Part shown: in pieces, positions 1-12,654 of the stretch
Position numbering within the stretch: the first letter of the stretch is position 1
How the letters are laid out: each line of letters begins with the position of its first letter
Origin: Octopus sinensis
Lineage: Eukaryota
Direction: 5' to 3'
NCBI RefSeq assembly: GCF_006345805.1
Contig: NC_042997.1
Coordinates: forward strand, 59,086,001 to 59,150,000
Length of the DNA stretch: 64,000 nucleotides
Translations under genes and position numbers: made by a program
Notes under the pieces: model-generated
Told to the model about the DNA's origin: nothing
Database searches by the model: none
The model's input: only the letters and a program-made list of their open reading frames with translations

Positions 1-255
1 GCCAGCCAATTAAATTGAAGAAAAACAATCTAAGAGAGCCACAATGTGGTTCTGTAATCTTTTAGAATTAGCAACCAATTCTTCTCATAGGTGGAACATT
101 TTTGTTTTTAGGTCAGCTTCATTGCCACTGGCTTGAGGTTTAAAGAATGGAACTGAAACAAAATCTGTGACGTATTTTGTTAGTTTTTGTTGTTTTTTGT
201 TTGATGGAAGGATTGATGGTACACAAAAGATTTATTATTTTTAAAGTTTTTTTAA

Positions 256-470
256 CCCTTTTGATACCAACCCACCTGAAACTGCCATTGATTTTATGAT
301 ACAAATTTCCAGTTTTAAAGAGATCTAAATTAAAATCTTCCTTGAGAATTTTGTGTTATGTTCCAAACACCTGCTTAATAATGACAGTTACTTTACTACA
401 TCCTTAATTATTTCCAAAATTAAGTGAAACAAAGTCAGTATATTTCAACAGAAATATGATAACAAAAGGG
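256..470. mobile_element. piggyBac-type MITE
   Basis: TTAA|CCCTTTTG ... CAAAAGGG|TTAA termini. A diverged second copy lies at ~6249-6464. Confidence 0.75.
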
Positions 471-1399
471 TTAAAATCAGATCCTCATCCCCATACTTTT
501 ATTTCTGTGTTATGACATTCATTTCAAAAACTACTGCAATACACATTTTTCTGTAGCAATAAAAGAACCAGAACTCACAAATTACTGCATGTTATCTTCT
601 ATTACTGCTCATGCCCCTCATTCTTTTTAATACCAGTTAAGTTCAACAGTGTTTTATCCAACACCCAATAGCAAAAAGATGGTTGTTCCTCCTCTCATTC
701 ATCAGCTTCCAATTCTCTCTCTCTATCTGTCTCTATGAATTTATCTGTAGGTTTCTCATGTCAAATGCAACACAGATAAAGCACTCATAGTGCAATAATC
801 TAAAAATCTGTTGACAAAACTATTTGACATAAATTTTAGAAAATTAATTTAATTTGATTAAAACACCATTCGTATACACACACACATTTATACATGGCAT
901 ACACTCCACACACACACATTTTTGTGTGTGTCTGATGGTATTATGAGCTTAATTAGTACAAATTTAACATTAGGTAGAGCAAGTATTTATTTCAAAAAGT
1001 TATCATAGTATATAAGCCAATAGATGTTATAAATTGATTCCTTTAGAGTTTTTGAATTTAAATCCTAACTTTATATGGTATAAATCAGTTATAGAAATTA
1101 AGTATATTTAGGCATGTGTCCACTGTTAATTTTAGGTTTAGCTTTTAAGATTTAAATCTACAAATAGTAGTAGACACAAACCTAAACAATTAATTTGGTA
1201 TTTTACAGACAAGTTGGAAAAAAGTTGCCAATAAGCGTTCCATCTTATAAGAGTAAATACCCAATATTGCTGCATTTGAAATTTACTTTTTTCTCTGTAA
1301 AATATCAAACACATTTGACCCTTCCAAGATTTGTTTATATAATGATGTCAATTTTATATCAAGAGTGCCTCAATGTGGTTCTGTAATCTTTTAGAATTA

Positions 1400-2258
1400 G
1401 CAACCTTGATATTATATGAAACCTAGACACTGACAGCTACCAACCTTTCTAAAAAGAAAAAGCAATGAAAGGCTTCTATATATTAACAAATACTCTTTCT
1501 ACCCAATTTATGTCATTAATTGCCATATGCTTGATATTCAATAAAAATATCGAACATGCTTGTCAAGCTTCTCTTCAGATGAGGACTCTTTCATCAGAGT
1601 GTCTCATTATTACAATTATGTTAAATGCCTTCAGGGAAAAAATTCCAATACACAACAAATACCATATATACCCCAACTTCTGCATGACCAATATAAACCA
1701 AAACTACTATGCTTCAACAATCCAACTCCGATCACAACATCACCAGTAAATTTTTACTTTGATACAAAAACATTTTCCCAATAACTACTGATATAAAATA
1801 TTTAAGAGAAACAACTAAGTTACTCAAGCACACCTAACTTTGCCTTACTATAGCAAACACTAGTTCACTTCTTTATATGACATTGCATCAACTCCGGAAA
1901 TTGTCCATTTAACGGTCAATATCTCAAAAAGGTCAATAACATACCATGCAGATGTCTTTACTATCAATAAAAACACACCTAAATCCCTACATCAATATAA
2001 CTTTGAATACTTTCAAATCCATATTCCACTAACATATCCACTCATTCATAAACATCAGCAGAAGAGTAGATACCACATATAGTCACTAAAAGAACAACAG
2101 AACACAATTATAATATCAAATGGAGAATTACAGTCCATGCCAAAGCATTTTAGCAAAATGGCAATTGTAACCTGTGTACTGAAGAAAAGCTGACCATATT
2201 CCAGAGCAGCTTTAAGATGTAAAATGACTTGATCTCCTTTGCATGCAGAAGCCCATGT
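1400..2258 (+). mobile_element. Decayed Penelope-like retroelement (RT thumb through GIY-YIG C-terminus)
   Basis: Broken frames give LDII*NLDTDSYQPF, PIYV, SSDEDSFIRVSHYYN, CFNNP, KIFKRN and IKWRITVHAKAF*QNGNCNLCTEEKLTI. These match the LDVTL..NT..YQPY, WFNPP and IKW..L...CNLCL.EK motifs of Penelope-like elements. Confidence 0.8.
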
Positions 2259-2259
2259 G

Positions 2260-2306
<47 letters not shown>

Positions 2307-2308
<2 letters not shown>

Positions 2309-2503
2309 GGTGGCAAGCTGGCAGAATCATTAGCATTTTATAGCAGCATTTTGTCCATCTTTACGACCTGAGTTCAAATTCCACCAAGATCAACTTTGCC
2401 TTTCATCCTTTCAGGGATGATGAAATAAGTACCAGTTGAACACTGGGGTTGATGTAATCAACTTATCCCCACTGAAATTGCTAGCCTTGTGCTAAAATTT
2501 GAA

Positions 2504-2535
<32 letters not shown>

Positions 2536-2725
2536 GGTGGCAAGCTAGCAGAATCATTAGCAAGCAAGGCAAAATACATAGCAGCATTTGGTCCATCTTT
2601 ATGTTCTGAGTTCAAATACCACTGAAATCGATTAGCCTGTCATCCTTTCAGGGGTTGATAAACAAGTACTTGTTGATCACTGGGGTTGATCTAATCAACT
2701 TAGCCCTTTCCCCAAAATTTGAAAC

Positions 2726-2759
<34 letters not shown>

Positions 2760-2972
2760 TATTATTATTATTATTAAGGTGGCAAGCTGGCAGAATCATT
2801 AGCATTTTATAGCAGCATTTTGTCCATCTTTACGACCTGAGTTCAAATTCCACCAAGATCAACTTTGCCTTTCATCCTTTCAGGGATGATGAAATAAGTA
2901 CCAGTTGAACACTGGGGTTGATGTAATCAACTTATCCCCACTGAAATTGCTAGCCTTGTGCTAAAATTTGAA

Positions 2973-3016
<44 letters not shown>

Positions 3017-3210
3017 GGTGGCAAGCTAGCAGAATCATTAGCAAGCAAGGCAAAATACGTAGCAGCATTTGGTCCATCTTTATGTTCTGAGTTCAAATAC
3101 CACTGAAATCGATTAGCCTGTCATCCTTTCAGGGGTTGATAAACAAGTACTTGTTGATCACTGGGGTTGATCTAATCAACTTAGCCCTTTCCCCAAAATT
3201 TGAAACCATT
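2307..3210 (+). repeat. Tandemly duplicated pair of tRNA-derived SINEs (Meta-domain-like family) separated by (TTA)n
   Basis: Four heads starting AAGGTGGCAAGCT at 2307, 2534, 2776 and 3015, each with a B-box GTTCAAAT and a central CTTTCATCCTTTCAGGG..AAGTAC motif. Units 2307-2775 and 2776-3245 are nearly identical. Confidence 0.85.
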
Positions 3211-3830
3211 ATTATTATTATTATTATATTATTATTATTATTATTATGGCATAGTAAATTTTCGCAATAACTAGGTTAAATGAGTGCCTCCTCAAATTAA
3301 AGATTTTACCCTATGCTTCACAAAAACATTCAAATAGCAAATTATGAAGAAATGGAGCCAGTGAATGTCAAGGTTGAACAAAAATCTAGACTGCAGCCAA
3401 CTATCCTACCAACACACTGTATTTATCCATTCACTCCCCATTAATATAATTCCATACTGACATCAATCTGCAGAAGTTTAAATTGGATATAATCCATATC
3501 TGTCTGAGATTATAAATATATACATTATATATTCATTTGTTATATCATTTGTATTTATTCATATTTGTTAAGTTTTTAATATGTCTTAATATATTGTATT
3601 ACATCTCTAACTCAACTAACATTTCTACACACATACACACATTTTCTAACCCCCTTTTGGAACAAAAGAACAATTATAACATTAAATATCATGAAATTCA
3701 TAAAGACAATGTCGAAAATGTGACTAATTACAGATGAGATTCAAGTTTTGTTAGCCAAAACTTAATCATTAAGAGAATTGTGCCAACTGGCAAGACAGGA
3801 CAACTTTAAACAACTCAGGTGAGAGCTTAC

Positions 3831-3927
3831 TCATAGCAATTAGAAAATATTCTGACAAGACACTATAAACAGATCTAAATACTAGCCTGCGGACAGAATG
3901 GTATAAGGTGATATGAATAGAGACCTT
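3831..3927 (-). CDS. Internal coding exon, 97 nt (phase 0 to 1), KVSIHITLYHSVRRLVFRSVYSVLSEYFLIAM
   Basis: Acceptor TTGCTTCTGTGCAG|, strong donor ATGA|GTAAGC, open amphipathic-helix frame in unique sequence. Confidence 0.6.
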
Positions 3928-4056
3928 CTGCACAGAAGCAATTAAGTATGTTATACATGGTGACAAATTCACAGACACACAGATTTCAAAATTATTTATA
4001 CAGAGATATATCTATACAACACACATTCACAATATATATATATATATTATATATAT

Positions 4057-4088
<32 letters not shown>

Positions 4089-4624
4089 CACTTACAGAGA
4101 TATATCTATACAAACACACATTCACAAAATATATATATATAAAATTATAACACATATTGAAACACAGAGGCAATATTTCCCCATAGCCAGGTATGTTTTC
4201 ACAAAACATTGGAAATGAATGACCTTGTTTGTATTACAGTGACACTCATTTACAACTATCACGCAATGTTAGGACAAGGAGACACAAACACACATATTCA
4301 CACAATATATACAAACACATACACATATGATATGACAAGCTTCTATCAGTTTCCATCAGTATACAAAATTCAGTTCCAAGGCTTTAGTTAGTTTCTCTAT
4401 GGTAGAAGACAGTTACACAAGGTCCTTGAAATGAGACTGAACCTGAAACTATGAAGTTGGGAAGTAAACTTTTCAACTATACAACCACACTCATACACAT
4501 TACACAAAAATCAACTGCCTTTCATCCATCCAGATTCAGTAAAATAATACTCATAATATACTGAGATTATCCAGTAAATTCTACATTTTCCGAATAAAAA
4601 ATTGGCCTTGTATCAATTCAAATT

Positions 4625-6140
4625 AAATTCATATAAGAAAACCATACGAATGGCTATACTCCATGGTAGTGAGACATAAGCTATGAATGCAGAGGACATG
4701 CATAGACTGGAGAGGAATGAAGGTAGTATCCTCCATTGGATTTGCAACATCAGAGTGCATGGCCAACAAAGCACAACTGTGTTGAGAGAAAAGTTAGGCA
4801 TAAGAGAAATTAAATGTGGCATGCAAGAGAGGAGAATGCTTTGGTTTGGATATGTGGTGTATATGAGTAAAGGCAGCTATATACAAAAGTGTCTGTCACT
4901 GTAAGTGGATAGTACATGTGGAAGAAGGAGACCCCAAAAGACATGGTATGGAGTGGTGAAGACCAGTCTCAGGATGTTAGGACTCACAGAGGAAATGACA
5001 AAGGACTGAGATGTTTGGTGATATGAGGTCCTAGAGAAGACCCACCCACATCAGTGAAACTGAGTGCTAGAAGTGGTATCTAACCCACTTGTAACAATAA
5101 ACTTTTCACACCCTACCCTAAGAAACTGAACTACACCTCCTCTTCTAAACTGCATCTTTCTCTTCCTCACATTTCCTCTTCATACACTATGATTGTCTCC
5201 CGCTCCCTTTCCTTGCTCTCACTGCCCTGCTCACTGTATTGCTGCTTTCCTCCACCCCATCTTTATACCTAGGTTTTTGCCAGGCACTGCAATCCTCACT
5301 CCATGTTCACACATTCTGGGCAGTACTTGAACACATATATTATGACCTCCGTACCTTGAGGGCATGCCCTGGCAATTGCTACCATTTATCTTTCTCTTTC
5401 TTTCTCTCCCATCACATCTATGCTGTTGTTACTTGTGAGTGTACCCTAGCACTTCACCACCATCTCTCACCTGCTCTCTCTTGCACTTTTGCTATTTCCC
5501 ACTATCTCTTTCCCTTGCTCTTCCCTCTGGCTGAGTAGAGATGTATCCCCTCTACAGCAGCACACCTGTTTCTGCCCTCCTTCTTGATCACTCTCTCTTT
5601 CCTCTTGCTTTTCCCTCGGGCTAGGTAACCTAGTATCTCCTTTACATCAGCACACCTATTTCTGTCCCCATTCTTGTACCTCTCCCTCCTCCCTCTCTCT
5701 CTCTCTCTTCCTCTCATTCTCTCTCTTTCTCTTCTCTCTTTCTTGCCTGGTAACCATGTATCTCCTCTATAGCAAGACACCTGTTTCTGCTTCTCTATTT
5801 CTCTGTCACATTCTAACTTTTCATCATCTGATACAAGATCCCCTCCTCCAATACCCCACCCCTCGCAAAATTCTTTATCTTGCAAGTTACATGGTGGCAC
5901 TTTTAACTGTCTTGCAAGTGACCATGTTACTTGTCTTGCAAGTTACTTGGTGACCTTGCTAGAGCTGGTGCCACATAAAAGCATCCAGTCCACACTGTGA
6001 AGTGGTTGACATTTGGAAGGGCATCCAGCTGTAAAAACCCTGCCAAAGCAGACACAGTAGCCTGGGGTAGTCTTCTACCTGTCAACCATCCTACCCACAC
6101 ATGCATGAAAGTCAGATGTTAAACAATGATGATGATGATG
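4625..6140 (+). mobile_element. 5'-truncated RTE-clade LINE: RT C-terminus, CT-rich 3'UTR, terminal module and (GAT)n tail
   Basis: Translation gives MAILHGSET*AM..ERRMLWFGYV..GRRRPQKTWYGVV. A ~800-bp pyrimidine tract follows, then GGAAGGGCATCCAGCTG ... GTTAAACAATGATGATG. Confidence 0.8.
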
Positions 6141-7191
6141 AATCAAGATCCTTGATAAACAGAGACAATTCACAGAAATCCAAATTATTTTCTTCCAAGA
6201 ACAAGAGAACCCTTTGACAACCAAGTGTATGCCAGTTCAAAGTGTTTAACTTTTTTAATACCAACACACTTGAGATTGTTTCTGGTTCTATAATTTCCAC
6301 TTCTTGCTTTTAAGTGATCTAAATTTAAACTTTCCATGAAAATCCATATTATGTTCCAAACACCAGCTTAACAATAACAAGGTTATTTACTAAATTTTTC
6401 ATTATTTTCAAAATTAATTGAAATTAAGTCAGTATATTTCAATAGAAATATGGGAACAAAAGGGTTAAAATATAATTCAGTAAGTTAAAATTTCAAAAGA
6501 AAAACAGAAAAACAAATCCATATATTAATTTTTGCTGTTAATTATAATGAAAATATAAAATTTCTTCTGTTTTTGAAGAGAAATAAGCCACCAATTGAAA
6601 GATTATTCTTATTGTAGTGGTCATGTGGAGACACAAGGAAAAATTTGAGCTCTTTAAAAATCTATAATTAAAATAAGAGACAACTAGATTCAATAAACTA
6701 ACACTAAATGCCTACCCTTAAGAACCACATTAAAACATAGTAGTGTTCAGATTTTTCTGTTAAATGCTTATTTAGTCACATTGTTTTGAACTAATCATGC
6801 ATTTTCTCATAGCTTTAAGATTTTGATGATGTGGTAGTTTATTTTTAGAATGACATTGTTGGGTAAGTGTGAGATGCCAGATCTGACCTGTTTGAACAAA
6901 AAATAAGTAGAATATTTTGGCTGGATGTGGCCAGTTTAAATATTAAAGGGATGAAGGAAATAAATGAAAATGTCCCACAATCTTTATGGGGCTATTGATT
7001 CACCACTGAAGACAATCTGGCAGAACTGATTCCTGTGCAAGCTAATGAATATGGCCAGATTAGCAGGTGCAATGAGTAAGTCAAGAAAAATAAATCAACC
7101 AAGAATTGAAACCAGGCCATGGACAATTACACTTAAAGTTAGTTTATTCCTCATCACTGCTTAGTGCTGAAACAAATGTACTTATTCTGAC

Positions 7192-7274
7192 CAGGCAATC
7201 TGACCTTGTGAGGATTTCGACTAAGTACTCCAAGTTAATGAAACACTTGTAAATTGAGTAGAGCACTTGGTTAT
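7192..7274 (-). CDS. Weak candidate exon (phase 1 to 0), NQVLYSIYKCFINLEYLVEILTRSDCL
   Basis: Lies within ORF 7144..7356. GCTGTAG| acceptor and weak CTG|GTCAGA donor would bridge the 15-kb and 3.9-kb exons in phase. Boundaries are uncertain. Confidence 0.25.
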
Positions 7275-8353
7275 CTACAGCATCAAACACTGTCTCACTA
7301 TGGTTTGTACTTACAACAAATGGACTCGGCTGTTGAGAGTTAAATGTCTTTGACAAGAATAGAACACAATACTAGTGCCCTCAAATGAGCATCATAACAC
7401 CTTGGAAATAAACTTGACAAGATAGGTGTATAATGTAGAGTTGTGAGATGAAGTAGATATGCAATGTACAACTCTACAGATTTTATTTGAAAACAATTCT
7501 TGCCAATTCATTACTAACCTAACAATTATGATGATGATCTTAACAACTTGCTCTCCAAAAGTTCCCTCAGTACAAACTATGTAACAGTTTATAATTACAT
7601 GTAAAAATGCATCAAAAGTAATATGTCCATGTTAAGTGTATATGCTCACATGAGTGTGTGAACACGTTTCAAGTACAATATGTCCTGTACTTAGCATATG
7701 AAAGATAAACAGATTAAATGACACATAGTTTAGACAAACACTTGCCATTGTATAATGCTTCTTGTTAATCGCAGCAACAAGCTGTGCTTCCCTACTAAGG
7801 AACAACTAAAGCAACCAATTGATAGGAAAATCATATTTATATTCTCATACAAACATCAGGGAAATCAATATAGTGCAATTGATTTTGTTATAAAAGAAAG
7901 CAGCTGCCATGTGATCAGAACAAAATCAAGTTTTCTACTAATTTAATGGATTCATTAGATTGAAAATATCTTACACCATCGTCCTTTCTAATGAAAACAG
8001 GAAATTGTAACTTTCATGCCTTTCACAGATGCATTAGCAAAATATGTGGAGGAGTTTCAGCTAGAAATCAGGCCCAGACATGTCTGAGGTAATTTTGAAG
8101 TCTTCATTGTATAAGAAAGAAAACTAGAGAGTAAGGAACAGAAAACATCTCCCAGATGGCATTTGAAAACAACTCAAACAGTTTAAGTAGATCACTGAAG
8201 TCCATTTCACGACTCTGTTGAGAATTTAGCACCACACAACATCTGACACTACCTATGTTAAAAATAACAATTTCTTTACATAGAAATATTTCTTTCATAT
8301 ACCAGGGAACAAGAAAAAAGGGATACTGTAAGATATATACTCTTCCTTTAAAG

Positions 8354-8686
8354 CAGTGATTCTCAGCCAGGATCTATATGGCCCCTGAGTATCCATATAA
8401 GATTTTGGAGGTCCAAACAAGAAAATAGTAAATTAGGAATCAACAATAGTATTTTAAGGGCCCCTGAGAAAATTTTGCTTTAGATGTATTTATTGGTATG
8501 TATTACAGGAAACAGCTAGGCTTCTTTCTATAACATTTTACATAATTCAACCTACACAAAATATGAATTTGAAAAGAAGTTTCTACAAAACTAGTTTTTG
8601 AACACTGAATGGCTATTGGGGTCCACCAGAACAAAATAGTAATAAAAGGGGTCCGTAGATTTTTAAAAAATGGCTGAGAACCCCTG
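8354..8686. mobile_element. hAT-type MITE
   Basis: TIRs CAGTGATTCTCAGCCA / TGGCTGAGAACCCCTG with a near-perfect 8-bp TSD (CTTTAAAG / CTTCAAAG). Related copies at 12102-12654 and 20090-20346. Confidence 0.8.
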
Positions 8687-9212
8687 CTTCAAAGCATTGG
8701 TACATTCTGTGAAAAATCTCAAACTCAAAATCAAAATCAATTTTTGAAGCCAATTCATATCTAACTTACTGCCATACTTCAATACCTACTCATACATTTG
8801 TTCCATTATAAAGTATTTTTTAAAAATTATCAATAACTTTTTACAAATCATAAGAAGATTGTTAATTTTTATAAGGAAGAGTGGAGTATATAATTGATTG
8901 AATCAACTTCCATATACTGCAGATGTTTATTTTATCAATCCCAATGAAATGAAAGTAAAAGACAGCTTATATAGAGCAGGTTGCTAACCATTGGGTCGCA
9001 GACTAATAACAGGCCATGGATCATTTGCTGTTGGGCTGCACAGAAAGAATAAATTTTCTTAATTTTATTTCTATTTTATTGACTATTACACTCTGCAGGG
9101 TGTTTCTGCATTATATCTTTATCTTTTATGTTTTACTTGTTTCAGTCATTAGACTGCAGCCATGCTAGGGAACTGCCTTGGAGAACTTTTGAATTTTTTT
9201 GTTTTATTTATA

Positions 9213-9740
9213 TACTAGCAGCTAAGCCCGGTTTCACCTAGTCGGTTTGGATGATGTGGCTGTAAAACCTACTCTGTGTAAGCATTCGACTAGTTTGGGC
9301 ACACTTACATTGAAAAATAATTTTAGAATGACTTTCAGTCAAAATGCTAAAAGTAACTGACCAACAAAAAAGTAACAACCAAGATTCAACCAAATCAAAA
9401 AATAAACCCAAATACTAAGCGAACAAAGATGAACCATCCCACTTCCATTGTGTGCGCACATGCACACACACATTCACACACACACCCATTTTACATACAC
9501 ACACAGAGTTGAAATGCTGTTTGATTTATTCATCTATCACCCCTTCCTTTCTCATTCATAAACACAAAAGTATTATTATAGTAGATTATCTCGGTAACCA
9601 TGGGAGCTATGAAAAAATACAAAGCCCAGCAACACCATTGGATCATTCTACACATCTGTGTAAATTTTCACACACACAATTCCACCCAGCCGTTTGACCG
9701 TGAATTCCAAGACAAGAAAGAATCACCCATGTCAAATTTA
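9213..9740 (-). mobile_element. Helitron-like non-autonomous element (3' end clear, 5' end uncertain)
   Basis: The minus strand ends ...GAAACCGGGCTTAGCTGCTAG|T, resembling the 3' end of the 28.9-kb element. Confidence 0.45.
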
Positions 9741-9746
9741 TATGTA

Positions 9747-9789
<43 letters not shown>

Positions 9790-9972
9790 CATATTTAAGT
9801 GTTAGGTGTGTTCCTAGTAGTACACCAATAAAGCACATTCACTGCTTTTCCAACAGAAATTTGTCTCTGGCTATTCCTTTCCAACAGCTTAAACCTATGG
9901 TCACTAACAACATATTGCATTAAATCCAAACACAATAGAATTTATTTAACGAGACACCTCTTATTACATCAC

Positions 9973-10057
9973 CTGATAAGGTACTTCTGCAGCAAGGGAT
10001 GCACCACGGGATCGGTGTACAATGTGTCAAAACAATGGTTGTGAGCAATAAAGTTTC
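9973..10057 (-). CDS. Weak candidate exon (phase 1 to 2), NFIAHNHCFDTLYTDPVVHPLLQKYLI
   Basis: Donor CAG|GTGATG and an open frame compatible with the previous exon, but the acceptor CAG has a poor polypyrimidine tract. Confidence 0.25.
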
Positions 10058-10258
10058 CTGTGTATTCCATTTTCTATCTCTACCATTTGTTTTATATATA
10101 TCTATGTAATAATTAATTATATGTTAGTTTTAAATTTTGGCACAAGGCCAACAATGTTGGGGAAGGTAAATCAGTTACATCAACCCCAGTACTCAACTGG
10201 TACTTATTTTACTGACCAAGAAATGATAAAAGGCAAAGTCAACCTCAATGGCATTTAA

Positions 10259-10475
10259 CCCTTTAGTGTTCAGATTATTCTATCAAACATAATGCCTACT
10301 GATTCCCATTGATTTGAATTAATCATGCATTATCTCATATCTTCAAGATCTTGGTGTAATTACTTAATGTAGAATAACATTGTAGGGTAGGTGTGAGAGC
10401 CTGGATCTGGCCAGTTTGAACATAAAACAGGTAGAATACTTTTGGCCGGATATGGCCGGTTTAAATACTAAAGGG
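10259..10475. mobile_element. piggyBac-type MITE (second family)
   Basis: TTAA|CCCTTTAGT ... ACTAAAGGG|TTAA. An inverted copy at 12294-12513 is nested in a hAT MITE, and a degraded copy lies at ~6720-6950. Confidence 0.8.
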
Positions 10476-12101
10476 TTAAACTTGGAACATGAAGACAGAC
10501 GAAATGCTGACAAGCATTTTGCCCAACATGCTGTTTTTGCCAGCTTGCTGTTTTACAATTAATTATATATTATGCATTTTATGGTGTTTTGTTATGCACA
10601 TGATCCCCCAGCCCATGGAAACATTGTTTTGCATGAAACCAGTCCAGGGTGTGAGAAAAAAATAAAAAAGGATGAGGATCACAGCTATAGAAGGTTTTAT
10701 TTTACAATAGTGAAAACTCCACCCATTTCCCTAGCCCAATTTAAGACCCTTTCTTTTTCATATCTTTTATCTTCTCTTTTATTTGTTTCAGTCATTGGAC
10801 AGTGGCTACGCTGGGGCACCACTTCAAAGGGTTTAGTCAAATAAATCAACCCTCATACTTATTTTTAAGCCTGGTACTTATTCTAGCAGTCACTTTCACT
10901 GAACCTAAGTGACATGGATGTAAACAAATAAACACCAGTTGTGAAGTGGTGGGGGGACAAAGACAAACTCAAAGACACACACATGCATGAAACGGACTTC
11001 CATGCAGTTTCAGTCTAGTAAATTTACTCATAAAGCATTGGTCGGCCCAGGGCTTAAGCAGAAGACACTTTTCCAAAGTTCCACACAGTAGGACTAAACA
11101 CAAAACCATGTGGTTGCAGAGTAAACTTTTTAACAACATAGCCAAACAATAAATACTTTTCCAAAAATGTAATGCATTAACATTTGATACATTTCTTGGG
11201 GAAATATTCTTCCAGTTTTGTTTGCAGTAAATGGATTGTTCCAGCTCTTATGCTAATGGAATATTGTATAACATATTCATAAAAATTTTACATTTTATCA
11301 AATATTTCAAAAGTAAAAGATGTTTATCTCTGCAATCCTGTCTGAATTAAACAATGACTCAATCAAGGTTGCATCCCAAAGGCTGAGAACTGCTTCTATA
11401 AAGCATTCAGTAAAGGGATTACAAACTCAAAGCAATATATACAGGTATACCGCCTACTTTCCAGACACAGATTATTCAGAAACTCTCATAATCCACAAAA
11501 ATTTACAAGCAGGAACTTCAAATTCCTGTGGCCACCAGACTAGTTTACGGCACAGTACAGTATTAAACTTGTATCATTTATACTAATGCACAGGTACCTG
11601 TATTTCATTTAAATATTTATGTAAACTATATATTTATTTCATTTGGAATTTGTTGATGAAGGAAACCACTTCTTATTTGGAAAAATCAATAATCTAGGTA
11701 AGCTTTGGAACCAAAAACACCAGAAAATCCATATTGTACCTGTACAAAGATTTAGTATCAATTCCAGTAGGATATTAACTCAAAATTGAATAATCCGTTT
11801 TGCCATAGGCATAAGGCCTCAAATTTTGGTAAAAAACCAAGTTGATTACATCAGCTGCAGTACTTCTTGACTAGTACTTATTTTATCAACCTCGAAAGGA
11901 TGAAAGGGATTGTCGACCTTGGTGGAATTTGAACTCAGAACATAAAGATAGACAAAATATTGCTAAGCATTTTGGCCAGCATGCTAATGGTTCTGCCAGC
12001 TCACTGCCTTGATACTGAATAATATACTATAAAACTACCATCAGTTCTAACATATATTTTGGAAACAGGAACAATTACTTACCATCACAACTTTCAAACA
12101 T

Positions 12102-12654
12102 CACTGGTTCACAACAGGGGTCCATGTAAGACTTTTGATGCAAAATAGTCAATTGCTGATCAAAATAGTCAACTACAGATCCACTGAAGTATTTTAAGGT
12201 CTATGAAAAAATGTTACTTTGGATGTATTTATTGCAAGAAACAGCTAGGTTTCCTTCTTTAAGGTTTTACATAGTTCATCATACACAAATTAACCCTTTA
12301 ACATTTAAACTGGCCATATCCAGCCAAAATATTCTACCTGTTTTATATTCCAACCAGCCAGATCAGGCGTCTTACACCTACTCTACAAAGTCAATCTAAA
12401 AATAAACAACCACATTATAGTAATCTTGAAGCTACAAGATTAATATGATTAATTGAAAACAATTTAAGTAAATAAGCATTACATTTTGATAGGATAACCT
12501 GAATGCTACAGGGTTAATGTGTGAAAACTGAAATAGGAATTTTGAAAGAAGCATCTATAAAATTCACTTTTGAATTATAAGTAGCAATGGGTGTCCACCA
12601 GAATAAAATAGTAATCAAAGGAGTGCATAGGCAAAAAATAGTTGAGAACCACTG
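12102..12654. mobile_element. hAT-type MITE interrupted by a piggyBac-type MITE (12294-12513)
   Basis: Outer ends CACTGGTTCACAAC / GTTGAGAACCACTG; the inner element is TTAA-flanked. Confidence 0.7.

Noticed and set aside
8104-8327. Minus ORF SVRCCVVLNSQQSREMDFSDLLKLFELFSNAIWEMF as an exon
   Set aside because: It looks protein-like and has plausible acceptors, but no usable donor before the TGA, while a good exon lies further downstream at 3.9 kb.
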